Shown: positions 46,401 through 54,663 of the stretch, one piece after another
Position numbering within the stretch: the first letter of the stretch is position 1
Layout of the letters: each line of letters starts with the position of its first letter
Origin: a virus
Taxonomy: Duplodnaviria > Caudoviricetes
DNA length: 63,541 nucleotides
Direction: 5' to 3' (one strand)
Virus record (IMG/VR): IMGVR_UViG_3300032242_000295
Span: 1-63,541 of that record
Made by a program: the position numbers and the translations under genes
Notes under the pieces: generated by a model
The model's database searches: none
What the model saw: only the letters and a program-made list of their open reading frames with translations
Told to the model about the DNA's origin: nothing

Positions 46401-49400
46401 CGACTTTATCTGCCTCAAATTGTTCAACGCCAGCCTTGCCGGTCTGGTGGATTAGAGATGTAGATGCAAACTCCTCTGGAGTCAACTCCATCTCATCTGC
46501 CACATCATTGATAATCTTCTCGTACTTAGGCAGTATGTTGGGGTTCAGTAAACCCTTGGTGGTGTTTCTGAGGCTTGCCTTCTCTGCCTCAGTGCCAGCG
46601 GTAGTTCCACGTAACTCACCACGCTGTGCTTTGCCAAAGATATCCTCTGCGGTCTCAAATCCGCTGCGGTTGAATGCATTTTTGATCGCCCGGAACAGAT
46701 CGTTTAAACGCTTCAAGATGGAAGAGATCATTCCACCGGGTGGCTTGGTCGTGGCGAAGTCAGCAAACGCATCAGCAATTGCTTCTTCCCTTAGGAGGGC
46801 TTGTAGATCAGCATCAGACATAACCTTTTGCTGAGGCTTGTCTGGGTTTGCTTTGTTGTACTCTTCTGGCTGTGTCTTGTTTAAATAGACATAACCATCG
46901 TAGCGGGACATAGTCTTCCCATCTACTTCAACTTGTACATTCTTTAGATACTTGTCAATCCAAGTCTTATCGGCTTGTCTTTCTAATGTTGCCCATTGCT
47001 GATCAGTGAAGAATCCCAGATCCTTCAACGCATGCAATGCCTCATGGTGCATTACCTCTACCGCATTTTCACCTGCGTCGATAGCTAACTTGATTAGATT
47101 CTTTGTGTAGGAGCCTTCTGCCCCATTTTTTATAGACTCAACAATCTTTAAGCCTACGCTACCTAAGCCCATGCGCTGGAGGAGAGGAACTAATCTCTTA
47201 GATATTTCATCTGCGGCGGCTTGTAACTCAGGGGAAAGCGGGGGCAGTTCTTCTTCTTTCTTGGGAGAACGTTTAACCGCTATGCCTGCCGGCTGTTTAC
47301 GGCGCTCAAGTTCTTTGGCGGCACGATCAGCAATAGCACCAAGGCGACCATCGGCGGCAGTTGCAGCCAACTCGTCGTCGGTCATCTGCACAAGGATTGC
47401 TTCCTGTGCTTTTACGTTGTCAGGGAAACTACCTAGAGACTTACCTTGTTTGGTTACGGTGATTTTCTCACGTGTAACTTGCTTCTTAGCTTCTGTTGGA
47501 CGTGACTTCAACGGCTCGTTGTAAGCCGCAATACGATCCATGTGGCGCTCGATGCGCTTACCCAATACTCTCTCTTGCTTGGCTAGTCTGGTTTTGGCAA
47601 GTTCATATGCCTGTGAGCCAACTTCACCACGGGCTTCCATAGACTCAAGATTCTCTCTAGCCCGCTTAAGCGTAGCTACATCTCTGTCCATATTAGCCAA
47701 AGCCTTGGCGGCTTCTTTCTGACGAGCGCCAGTAAGGCTTTCAATTTTTACTTGGAGTTCTTCTTGGGTAGGAACTGTGACTAACGCTTTACCTCTACCC
47801 TCAGGGAATATTTCAAAGCCGACAGGGACTTCACCTTCCTTGACCGTCTCCTTGGTCATCTCGTAACCGGCTGGCAGGTTTGCCCGCTTGGCGGGCTCTG
47901 CTTGAGGAGGAGGAATCAGCTGCTTTAACGTCTCTTCTTTAACGTTTAAACCTTGTTTCTTGGCTGCCGCGTCGGCTTTTGCTTTATCTCTATACGTTGA
48001 AACAAGCTTTCCGTTGTCGTCATAGGTACGGAAAACTCTTTCTTCTGTCTCGGCTAGGTCGCCATTCTTTACCGCAGTGTCAAGTAAAGCTTCTGCGTCG
48101 TGTTTTTGCTCTAAGCCAGTTGCTTCTTGAATGTCAGTAATGATGGTGTCACGCGACAAAGGCTGATTGCCAACACCCTCAAATGTTTGACCAAACCAGC
48201 TAACAGCTTTCTTGTATTGCTTGTCTGTAAAGCGGGATGCGCCTGTGCCCTCAGGGAGAATCTGTTTCTCTTCAGACTCAGGCATTTGTTTAATCGCTTG
48301 GAAAGCGGCAAACAGCTGCGGCTGGGTCATAGTGTTTAAATCACTAGAACCTGTGGTGCGGGTTAGGAAGTCTGCAAATCCTTTTGTGCCTGTGGCAATG
48401 TTCTTCTCGTCCTCGGCGGCAGAAATAACATCTTCAGGTGTGTAATTGACTGGTTTACCTGTGTTGTCATCTACAGGTTTATAGCCGTACTTAGCCGCAA
48501 GGATAGAGTCAATTCTGCCCTGTTCCCCTTCGGGGTCAACGCCGGGCATCGCATCTTTGATGTCTTCAATAGAGTATGACTTGAGAGGCGGCAGCCCATT
48601 TTGTCTGCGGTAGTCATCCACAAACTTAACCTCATCAGGCATCAACTCATTCTTCTTAATGGTTGCGGCTGGGTTGGTGTACTTCTCTTCTTCAGCCTTA
48701 GGCTCATAGCCAAGCGCCAATGTCTTGCCTACACCAAGATTCTCTTTGGTCTGCTGTTGTTGTTTAGCAAACTCTTCTCGCTGAGTTTCAAACTCTTGTT
48801 GGGCTTTAACACCACGTAGATATTTATCTGCCTCGTACTCAGCATGGGCAACAGAATGACCCAAAGGAGACATGGCTGTGCCGGTCAATGCTCCGACTAA
48901 TGCATCCCTAGCCGCCGCACCAGCAACGCCTTGGAATGTAGGTGTGGAGAACCCAGCCTCATCCATCGCCAAGTTCTGGGCTAACTGACCATATCCACCC
49001 TGTAATCCTTCGGGGACAGCTTCTTCAAATCCAGTCTTAACTGCCTGACCCAAGTAAGTCGGCGCTTGTGCCGCCTTCTCTGGTAACTGAGCAATCGCAG
49101 CCTGTAGACCTTCTTTGGTAAATGCTTTCTTCTCAGGAGTTAGTGCGTTCTTGAGTGCCTGAGATGTTGAGCGTTCAAATCCTGTCAGGGCATCTAATGC
49201 ACCGAATGCCGCGCCACCGATTAACTTAGGTGCATTCTTGAGTGTGTACTCTTGCGCCTCAATAGCCAGTCTTTCAGCATCTTCAGGTTTGTAGTTCTTC
49301 TCTAGGTAGGCTTGCTTGATGGCATCATGGATATCACCTTTGACTTCGCCAGTTCCTTGAGCAGCGGCAATAAGTACTTGACTAGCGCGTTGTACACCTA

Positions 49401-49902
49401 TACCCAAAAGCGCTGGCGCTTCTAAGGGCAGGGCAGCAAGACCGGCAGCAATCGTTGGTAAAGATGAGCCAACACCTTGTGCAATGCTTTGTAATGGGGC
49501 TTCAAGAACACCGGCAATACCGCTTTTAATCTGCGCAAACGTGCCTTCTTTTTCTGCCCGTTTAGACAGTTCCGCACGTCGAGCCATCTCAGCCTGACGT
49601 TCTGGCGTTAAACCTTTTTGTATTTCTTCGTTTAAACCGCCAAGGTATTTAGATACATCCGATCCAGTACCAAATACATCAACCAAAGATTTACCAGCGC
49701 CAACAACGCCAGACCCAAATGAGCGGGCTATATCGCTAATAGATGTGGGGGCAGATTTTTCTTTCTGAAGTTCTTCTGTGGTTTTAGCCGCCATAGGAGT
49801 CTGTTCCGCAACTGTGCGAAATAAATCCTCATCGCTGGCATTTGGAGGACCTTCAATCCTGTAGATATTTCCATCAGGAGCTTGAATTTTGTAAATTGGC
49901 AT
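40414..49902 (-). CDS. Large polyvalent virion/ejection protein (3162 aa)
   Basis: HHEALH zincin; HhH-like VTMDMWFMR..LQAVIW domain; ParB-like GHEGRHRMMAL; ART-like FKQWF..YHGT..DGF..IKSVTGNIG; LPD38-like C-terminus (VPFLNARIQG, IPIPFEVG). Confidence 0.8.
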   Translation of the reverse strand: MPIYKIQAPDGNIYRIEGPPNASDEDLFRTVAEQTPMAAKTTEELQKEKSAPTSISDIARSFGSGVVGAGKSLVDVFGTGSDVSKYLGGLNEEIQKGLTPERQAEMARRAELSKRAEKEGTFAQIKSGIAGVLEAPLQSIAQGVGSSLPTIAAGLAALPLEAPALLGIGVQRASQVLIAAAQGTGEVKGDIHDAIKQAYLEKNYKPEDAERLAIEAQEYTLKNAPKLIGGAAFGALDALTGFERSTSQALKNALTPEKKAFTKEGLQAAIAQLPEKAAQAPTYLGQAVKTGFEEAVPEGLQGGYGQLAQNLAMDEAGFSTPTFQGVAGAAARDALVGALTGTAMSPLGHSVAHAEYEADKYLRGVKAQQEFETQREEFAKQQQQTKENLGVGKTLALGYEPKAEEEKYTNPAATIKKNELMPDEVKFVDDYRRQNGLPPLKSYSIEDIKDAMPGVDPEGEQGRIDSILAAKYGYKPVDDNTGKPVNYTPEDVISAAEDEKNIATGTKGFADFLTRTTGSSDLNTMTQPQLFAAFQAIKQMPESEEKQILPEGTGASRFTDKQYKKAVSWFGQTFEGVGNQPLSRDTIITDIQEATGLEQKHDAEALLDTAVKNGDLAETEERVFRTYDDNGKLVSTYRDKAKADAAAKKQGLNVKEETLKQLIPPPQAEPAKRANLPAGYEMTKETVKEGEVPVGFEIFPEGRGKALVTVPTQEELQVKIESLTGARQKEAAKALANMDRDVATLKRARENLESMEARGEVGSQAYELAKTRLAKQERVLGKRIERHMDRIAAYNEPLKSRPTEAKKQVTREKITVTKQGKSLGSFPDNVKAQEAILVQMTDDELAATAADGRLGAIADRAAKELERRKQPAGIAVKRSPKKEEELPPLSPELQAAADEISKRLVPLLQRMGLGSVGLKIVESIKNGAEGSYTKNLIKLAIDAGENAVEVMHHEALHALKDLGFFTDQQWATLERQADKTWIDKYLKNVQVEVDGKTMSRYDGYVYLNKTQPEEYNKANPDKPQQKVMSDADLQALLREEAIADAFADFATTKPPGGMISSILKRLNDLFRAIKNAFNRSGFETAEDIFGKAQRGELRGTTAGTEAEKASLRNTTKGLLNPNILPKYEKIINDVADEMELTPEEFASTSLIHQTGKAGVEQFEADKVGGLPEVVQFLQDERRKSGVPLLSVDNPKDRRTIAKLMATEAMAAIRSGGANLEWYDSVINKTLAMAGLKYQELNTDVNARSAFRIATAITSQGLNVEDNLAFAMKVYEQFRPSGRFPEIGQGADQSAMVSNFKLANYLLEDMGPDLMRQFLETEFTVDEMRSAGFNIKGELGDEKVLGSSVFGPKIGFGFYSNLNGNFEPVTMDMWFMRTIGRLTGNLKAFRQELYDAQLAKFRDELDTEGSNGVFANQFDQDEIELAKVDDAAAEALARKVKSAHERDFKNNRVDYDNGVREKSKLVGASETMIKSLDAPKDAPSNGTERRNLRDIVNQMVDIVEEKYGKRVPPASLQAVIWYPEQELYKALGVKLRVTSQNYAGAIKKILTGEGYGESELESAAKLGSRTAQQLAKTAVSKGAKTAGAQPVRLGALQTAEKEKLLERGRKRAVLEQERETPRRKRVIFEVAPDPNNKALTNKWRSLSTAQRIDISDRIGNKIIKDALERFGLTGYVDTQVGSYLDDTNPSFALYLDSGDSVAMANFLGYALSQDSMMVVSPKEGKGLSETGAVRVELGDASAAEVDKIYQKLREIEVNGEKPVGGQSFMNGHMVILNYSDVPTEELAKLVNDKLEDDYNVVTDTVYTAFPEKKDYDYANPSSDPRGNAGVLRQASRNLRAEATKLLQKELRKVEPEPETGEDAKLSLKTIGLTDERINKLIDDNIYLQNGAEKKTKAYIAYVSPKDFLNATIPLSDKEKLESEKEPLDIDRLRKESQPINLEVEPTEGRKHELTVRGHEGRHRMMALRDAGFEKVPVVFQFVRGEDRESIDDLYIHPQKFDKDEYGIRGFVAYGLEPINYENRNVIKQKFSEGEVKYSLRSTRQPPESKEFKQWFTGSYFTSNGEPLIMYHGTARDITQFKGKQAGAIFVTTKPEVAHTYADMGVDYMRVEAYKALTREEKVDLITTVAEQAERDGTINAKELKEITSELKKRVPAVDPEKKRIVGLPYQIEGEIIESLNNLLPTKGNIMPVYVNAKNVFDYANKDDVNRVYEWMMNNSSVMGRMKNADNWLNSVKGQISRGLWTRIESEPVQEAIRALGFDGFSVLEAGSKNYAVYNPTAIKSVTGNIGTYGLGEISTEQAARLGMTPEQARQAQAEGDIRLSLRNSVSPQINAAIDRATYVREQKGFAERMMDAISPKSWSDFRSKAMNRYNAMSVADKKRAEKMGGAALLADQSAEAAALMSDLAAGVTASALGVHDRHGGAPVFRNGITTIDGSIKGPVAIFAPLAKYGDPRIYQMWQFYAGAKRARRFFKDNREQNYTPADLAYADQLVNQYPEFKQIFDEWNKFNDALVQYQVDTGVLSKSMADEYRKYSDYIPFYRQLEDEQTLGPKVFQSISAVKIGKKLEGSPTAIADLMETIVRNVQSGIQAGMKNTAAQRAVKVFEDIGEAVPTFPSDTNPSVVHVLENGQKKAYIVADPALYNSMQSLNLPELPFLGFFAGPANLLRNLVTKDPGFMLANMVRDSMSAWVTSGVKMTPIASAVKNFTGALRGTAPEYQALLNAGILGGYEFSQNVEASGKQLKKELAKYGPSTSFGKITKPFTSVWEALEKGTTASDAATRMEVYKNVLAETGNEAEALFRALEVMNFNRKGSSAVIRIMTAAVPFLNARIQGLDVLYRAAFGKMATQDAKAIQKSFFIRGATIMALSMIYWGLTHDDDDYKKQEQETRDNNWLIPSLGIKIPIPFEVGVIFKVIPERIAAYSFGTDTGKDFADAMKRNFMSTFAFNPIPQVVLPIVEAKTNYSFFTNRAIVGQGLEGVAKEFQVGPNTSRLAKWLGSVTGESPMMIDHIIGGYTGTFGMYAVDAIDAITASNSDVPRASKRFEQMPVIRRFLLDPEARGNVTAYYDLKNSVDEAVRTSNFLERTMNFENLSQYSQETIKMLASADLVKSMDKDMKELNEAATAIRSSNMDADTKRDLLTSLNQAQNNITANIKLFRKSMD

Positions 49903-49905
49903 TCT

Positions 49906-52020
49906 TTATTCCGTACCAAGATTTTTAAAACCTTTATCTCTCATTGAGCCGCCTTGTGGTAAAGCAGATGAGATGCTGCCGGATGCAGAACCTCCTTGTG
50001 GATTTGCTCTACGCATTACATCGCCCTCAATCTCAATCTCGCGCCGTTTAATTTTTTCTTGGATTGCGGCTCGTTCAGCGTCAGTTTTAGCGCCCATCAT
50101 TTGATAACCAAAATTTTTGATTTGCGCATCTTTGGCAATGTCTTCTTGTATCTTCTGAGCAAGCATTCCTTCATTACGACCATACTGAGCCCCGTACACA
50201 GCTCGACTTGCCATAGACATAAGTTCTTCGCGGCTCTTATCTTTATTGGCAGGATCAGATTTAAGTTCGTTGTAAGCTTGCATGAACGGAGCAACATGTG
50301 ATCCTGCAGACGCAGCAATCTGTGCTCTTTGATTTGCAAGCACTTCTTGTTTGTATTTGAAGTCGTCTATCTCTTTTGCGGCAGTGAGTTCGTAGTTGCG
50401 TTGGTCACGCTTATCTTGGCGTAACTGACCAGCCATAGTTGCGGCAGTTTGCATATCGCCTTTGTCAAGAGCAATCTGATACTTAGTCTGATTCATCTTG
50501 AGGTTGCTGTAATTGTCCTGTGCCGCTTGGATTGCCTTCTGCGTATTGATTGCAGATTCAGCAAGGATTGGAGAAGCCTTAGCCGCAGAGCCAAAGAATC
50601 TTGCTCCGGGTTCTGCTGCCTTTGCCGCCCATCCAAAACCGTACTGGGCTAATGCCTCACCCAGCCCACGTTGTTTAATCTCTTCTGGTCGGGCTTTAAC
50701 GCTTTCAACTTGTGCGTTTAAACTGTCCATAGCAGGTTTGCTGCGGGCAGACAGCTTGTCCAGTATGCCCATAGTCTGCTCTTCTAGAGATGGTTCTGCT
50801 TCTTTTGGTTTGCTCACTAACTCTTGAACGGCAGAGCCTCCAGTGGCATATCCTGTGATGCTGTCTGGATTCTCATCAGATGCCATAGCTTCCGAATCAA
50901 CTGGAACAGACGCAACGCCGGTTCTCATGGACGCTCTATGCGCCATCTCTTGGTCAATTAGATTAGCTTCTTCTACATCACGACGGGCTACAGCGGCTTG
51001 TTTAGCTTTCTGTAGTTGTTCATCGCTTAACTTAGAAAGAATGCCGGCAATGTTGCCAGCGCTTTCAATTTCTCCACCGCCGGCGTATTCATGGATCTCT
51101 CCGCCCTCTGCTTTACCAAATCCTAATTGGCTTAGACCGTAAGCACCCATACCCAGACCAGCAATCTGACCGCTGATGCTTCCGGGGGATTGGTAAATCT
51201 GAGATGTAGATTGCTGACCAAGTGGCAAACCACGAATAAGGTCAGACATAAACCCAATTTGTTTGTATGGGTAGTTCTGTTGATTCAGGAAGTCCTGATA
51301 GGATTGTGTCAAGCCTTGTTGTTCAAGAGCCTGTTGTTGTCCACCGTACTGCGCTTGCAGTTGGTTAATACCCATTTGCTGACCATACTGGTTCTGTCCC
51401 AATTGACCAAGTTGCCCAGCCATTTGACCAGTTAATCCATAGCCTTGCAGTGCTTGATTTTGGGATTGATTGTATTGATTTTGAGCATTTTGAAATGCTT
51501 GGTTGTATGCCTGACCAATAGCTTGATTTTGCTGTGCGCCTAGATTGCGCTGATTCTCGGCAGCCATAATTGCATCGCGTGATCCGCCAAATGCACCTGC
51601 TTGTGTAGCCTGACCCGCTTGTTGAGTTCCAGTAATACCGTACTGACGACGCAATTCTTCCAACTGAGGAGCAAGAGTTAGCCCTAAGTTAGTGTTCATG
51701 TATCCGCCAACATTTTGTTGGAAATTTTGTGGGTTAGCCTGACTTGCAATCCCTAAACCGCCAAGACCAGCCAAACTGGCTGCACCGGTAGCTTGACCAA
51801 TCTGAGGTGCGACTTGCATGCCTTGTGCGGCTTGCATAGCCTGTTGTTGCATTGGGGAGAATCCTGCAATGCGTGGTTGTGTATACTGCTGATAAGGATT
51901 TTGGTTTACATCAGTTAATGCTTGTCCCTTAGCCAAAATATCTTTGGCATACGGTTTAGCCCACTCAGGCAGTTCTGTGGTTGCTAGTTGTTGCTGTGTA
52001 GGTTGTTGTTGCTGGCACAT
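49906..52020 (-). CDS. DNA ejection / pilot protein
   Basis: LPEWAKPY, GAFGGSRDAI, Gln-rich helical body and Gly-rich hydrophobic segment; next to the polyvalent protein. Confidence 0.7.
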   Translation of the reverse strand: MCQQQQPTQQQLATTELPEWAKPYAKDILAKGQALTDVNQNPYQQYTQPRIAGFSPMQQQAMQAAQGMQVAPQIGQATGAASLAGLGGLGIASQANPQNFQQNVGGYMNTNLGLTLAPQLEELRRQYGITGTQQAGQATQAGAFGGSRDAIMAAENQRNLGAQQNQAIGQAYNQAFQNAQNQYNQSQNQALQGYGLTGQMAGQLGQLGQNQYGQQMGINQLQAQYGGQQQALEQQGLTQSYQDFLNQQNYPYKQIGFMSDLIRGLPLGQQSTSQIYQSPGSISGQIAGLGMGAYGLSQLGFGKAEGGEIHEYAGGGEIESAGNIAGILSKLSDEQLQKAKQAAVARRDVEEANLIDQEMAHRASMRTGVASVPVDSEAMASDENPDSITGYATGGSAVQELVSKPKEAEPSLEEQTMGILDKLSARSKPAMDSLNAQVESVKARPEEIKQRGLGEALAQYGFGWAAKAAEPGARFFGSAAKASPILAESAINTQKAIQAAQDNYSNLKMNQTKYQIALDKGDMQTAATMAGQLRQDKRDQRNYELTAAKEIDDFKYKQEVLANQRAQIAASAGSHVAPFMQAYNELKSDPANKDKSREELMSMASRAVYGAQYGRNEGMLAQKIQEDIAKDAQIKNFGYQMMGAKTDAERAAIQEKIKRREIEIEGDVMRRANPQGGSASGSISSALPQGGSMRDKGFKNLGTE

Positions 52021-52029
52021 AGCATTTCC

Positions 52030-52491
52030 TTAGAATTCATAAATCATTTGCGTGGCGGCTTCTTTAAAGCCCATCCGAGCCCATAGCTTTGCAACACGCA
52101 AGTCGGTCATTGCCGACACCATCAATCGTTTAACACCTCTTGACTTCAAGTCATTAAGTGCAAATTGCACAAGTTTTTTACCAACGCCATTGCGATGATC
52201 TTGTAGTACAAAAAGCGTATCTTCCTGCGCTATTAGATCACGGTTATGCATATCTCTGGTTAGATAAACATTGGCGTATCCACATGCTGCGCCGTTTAAA
52301 CGCAACACATAAGTAATCAAGTCGCCTCGTTCACAAGACTCTCCATACTCATGGAGCCTTGGGTTGTAGGGTGAATAGGTTATTCCTTGCTTGGCTAGGC
52401 GCTCAACCATTTCAGAATAGTGCTGACGGTACAAGGGCTCAAGCTCCAAGTACGTGTCAGTGAACTTCTCAATGGTTATGTCGTAGCTCAT
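52030..52491 (-). CDS. GNAT-family acetyltransferase
   Basis: LFVLQDHRNGVGKKL...LWARMGF. Confidence 0.75.
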   Translation of the reverse strand: MSYDITIEKFTDTYLELEPLYRQHYSEMVERLAKQGITYSPYNPRLHEYGESCERGDLITYVLRLNGAACGYANVYLTRDMHNRDLIAQEDTLFVLQDHRNGVGKKLVQFALNDLKSRGVKRLMVSAMTDLRVAKLWARMGFKEAATQMIYEF

Positions 52492-53969
52492 GCGGGTAAA
52501 TACTTATCTGCCCTGCTGTTATGCGCTACTTTGTCTTTGCCTATTGTATTTTTACGTGCGGCTTGGACTCTGTCCATCATGGCATATAACTTACGGGCAC
52601 CTGCTTCGGTCGAGCCATTTCCTAGTTCAGACACAATACGTGCAGGAACTACAAATTCACCATCGGCTAAACGGGCAGGTTGCTTGTGACCTATGGTCGC
52701 TGGGATTGAATCGGATACACCGTCTCCGGGTCCGCGAAGTAAGCGCCCACCATCAGAGTAACCACCAAGGTTGTAATGCGCATCGGAGATGCCGCCATCA
52801 GCCATTGTCTTGGGCTCATACTGTTGAGTATCTGCGTTGTACTGATAACCTGCCGGCTCTGTTGCAGGCTTAGGTGGACCCATGTTTTCCAATAAATGCT
52901 TCCAGCCTTCTGAACTGCCACCGCTATCGCTCTTGCCAATGTGCCCTATAGCAGAACCAATGTTGCTAATCGCATCTCCCAAGAATCCACCAAAACCAAA
53001 TTTGGGTATGCCATCCTCAGAGAATTTCTCTTCGCCAGTGTAAGGATCTACGCCAACATCGCCGGCACCAGTTAATACATTTTGAGATACTGGGGTTTGG
53101 TAAGGCGTAGCGTAGGCATTGTTGTGCATGTACGCCTGTGGGAATCCTGTGTTAGCCCCAATAGCATTCTCGTTAGACATCTTCTCAATTGGGTTGCCGC
53201 CTTCAGCAAAATGGTAGATGTCCTTAGCCTGCGAAGGATTGACGGGTGTGTACGTGGGGCTTGCAAAGTAATTCTGTTGACGACCAAAGTTGCCTTGCTT
53301 TGTAAGCATATCTTCGTAAGTTGGTACGTCCGGAGCAGGCTGTGGTTGAACTTGACCGCCTGTAAACGCATAGCGTTGACCCATATCTTTGTCTGGAGTC
53401 GGCGCTGTTGGTGCTTTTTGGTCTCCAACTAAAACTGGCGCAGCAGCAGCTAGACCTAATTTAGCCGCTCCCATGCCACCGCCCATCGCCGCAATTGATG
53501 CTGATGGATTGGCAAGTCCGGCTTGCACCGCTCCCAAACTTGATGCCGCACCGGGCATTGGTCCCACAAAAGCAGGATTTGCAGCAGATGCCGCCTGACT
53601 AACAGCAGCATTACCAGCACTAGCCAATCCAGCGCCCAATCCTGCACCGCCCCATGCACCTAAACCAGCCATCAAACCTTTGCCGATGCTTCCGGTGCGT
53701 GCTGCCTCTAATCCACCAATACCTGCGCCAATTAATAGGGATGATCCGCCCGTAGCAGCAGCTAATCCTGCCCCTAAAACCATAGGTAATAACCCTGATA
53801 GGAAGCCCGCCTCAGGCAAACCAGTATGTGGATTAGTTGTTAACGAGCCTCCATGAGCCATAGCCATGTCGTTTAAACTCTTAACCTCTCCCGGCGTCAT
53901 ATGGACAAGCACGGTGTCATCACCACGTCCGTGGGCAGCTAAAAGTTGGGCAGCATTATGTAGGCTCAT
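52488..53969 (-). CDS. Internal virion / ejection protein
   Basis: GRGDDTVLVHMTPGEV..NPHTGLPEA N-terminus, Gly/Ala membrane-like segment, GPGDGVSDSIPA..LADGEFVV C-terminal domain. Confidence 0.7.
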   Translation of the reverse strand: MSLHNAAQLLAAHGRGDDTVLVHMTPGEVKSLNDMAMAHGGSLTTNPHTGLPEAGFLSGLLPMVLGAGLAAATGGSSLLIGAGIGGLEAARTGSIGKGLMAGLGAWGGAGLGAGLASAGNAAVSQAASAANPAFVGPMPGAASSLGAVQAGLANPSASIAAMGGGMGAAKLGLAAAAPVLVGDQKAPTAPTPDKDMGQRYAFTGGQVQPQPAPDVPTYEDMLTKQGNFGRQQNYFASPTYTPVNPSQAKDIYHFAEGGNPIEKMSNENAIGANTGFPQAYMHNNAYATPYQTPVSQNVLTGAGDVGVDPYTGEEKFSEDGIPKFGFGGFLGDAISNIGSAIGHIGKSDSGGSSEGWKHLLENMGPPKPATEPAGYQYNADTQQYEPKTMADGGISDAHYNLGGYSDGGRLLRGPGDGVSDSIPATIGHKQPARLADGEFVVPARIVSELGNGSTEAGARKLYAMMDRVQAARKNTIGKDKVAHNSRADKYLPA

Positions 53970-54003
53970 TCTTGCCTCGCGGATGTATGTTTAAACAATT
54001 TTA

Positions 54004-54663
54004 TCATGATAGCGGGGCAGACACAAACAAAAATGTCACCGCAATACTGGGAGAAGCGGGGTGAGCGGGACTTGTTCCAGCCGCATAAGTTGTCAAAGAA
54101 GAGTTACCAGAATCCGTTGTCCAATAAATTTGGACGTAGTCACCAGTAGTAAGGCTTAAGAACTGATTCCAACCAAACACTAAAGCGCCGTCAGTACCGG
54201 CATGTTTTGCAGGGACAGCAGAAATACCCGCAGCGTTTGTTACATCTGCCCCATTAACGCGAAACCAAACCGTGATGTTGTCCGCCGCATTACCACTATT
54301 TGCGCCTTGAGCGCTGAACTGGATGTTGTAAACGCCGGGGTATGTAATGGTGAATTTAGAGTTGGTTGCCCCAGTATCTAGCGTAATACCATTTGAAAAG
54401 TCGGTGTTGTTGTACGTAATTAATTTAACTGTGTTAGCGGCTGCTGTTTGCGTAGTTGTATCAAACACAGAAATACTAGGTGCACGAAAGAACCGCTGAC
54501 CCGTATTGGTCAAGATAGACTGCGTTATGTTGTCTACCTGATTGAAATACTGACGCAGAATACTGAACGATGAGTCAATAAATGTCTGGTCGTACTGAAC
54601 CGGAGCCGCAGGCAAGCGCGGCTGTTGACTAGCACGTAACTGGGTATTGGTTGGGATGGTCAT
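54004..54663 (-). CDS. Tail-associated protein with C1q/TNF-like C-terminal domain
   Basis: PRLPAAPVQYD..LRQYFNQVD, then ITYPGVYNIQFSAQ..LTTGDYVQI. Confidence 0.6.
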   Translation of the reverse strand: MTIPTNTQLRASQQPRLPAAPVQYDQTFIDSSFSILRQYFNQVDNITQSILTNTGQRFFRAPSISVFDTTTQTAAANTVKLITYNNTDFSNGITLDTGATNSKFTITYPGVYNIQFSAQGANSGNAADNITVWFRVNGADVTNAAGISAVPAKHAGTDGALVFGWNQFLSLTTGDYVQIYWTTDSGNSSLTTYAAGTSPAHPASPSIAVTFLFVSAPLS

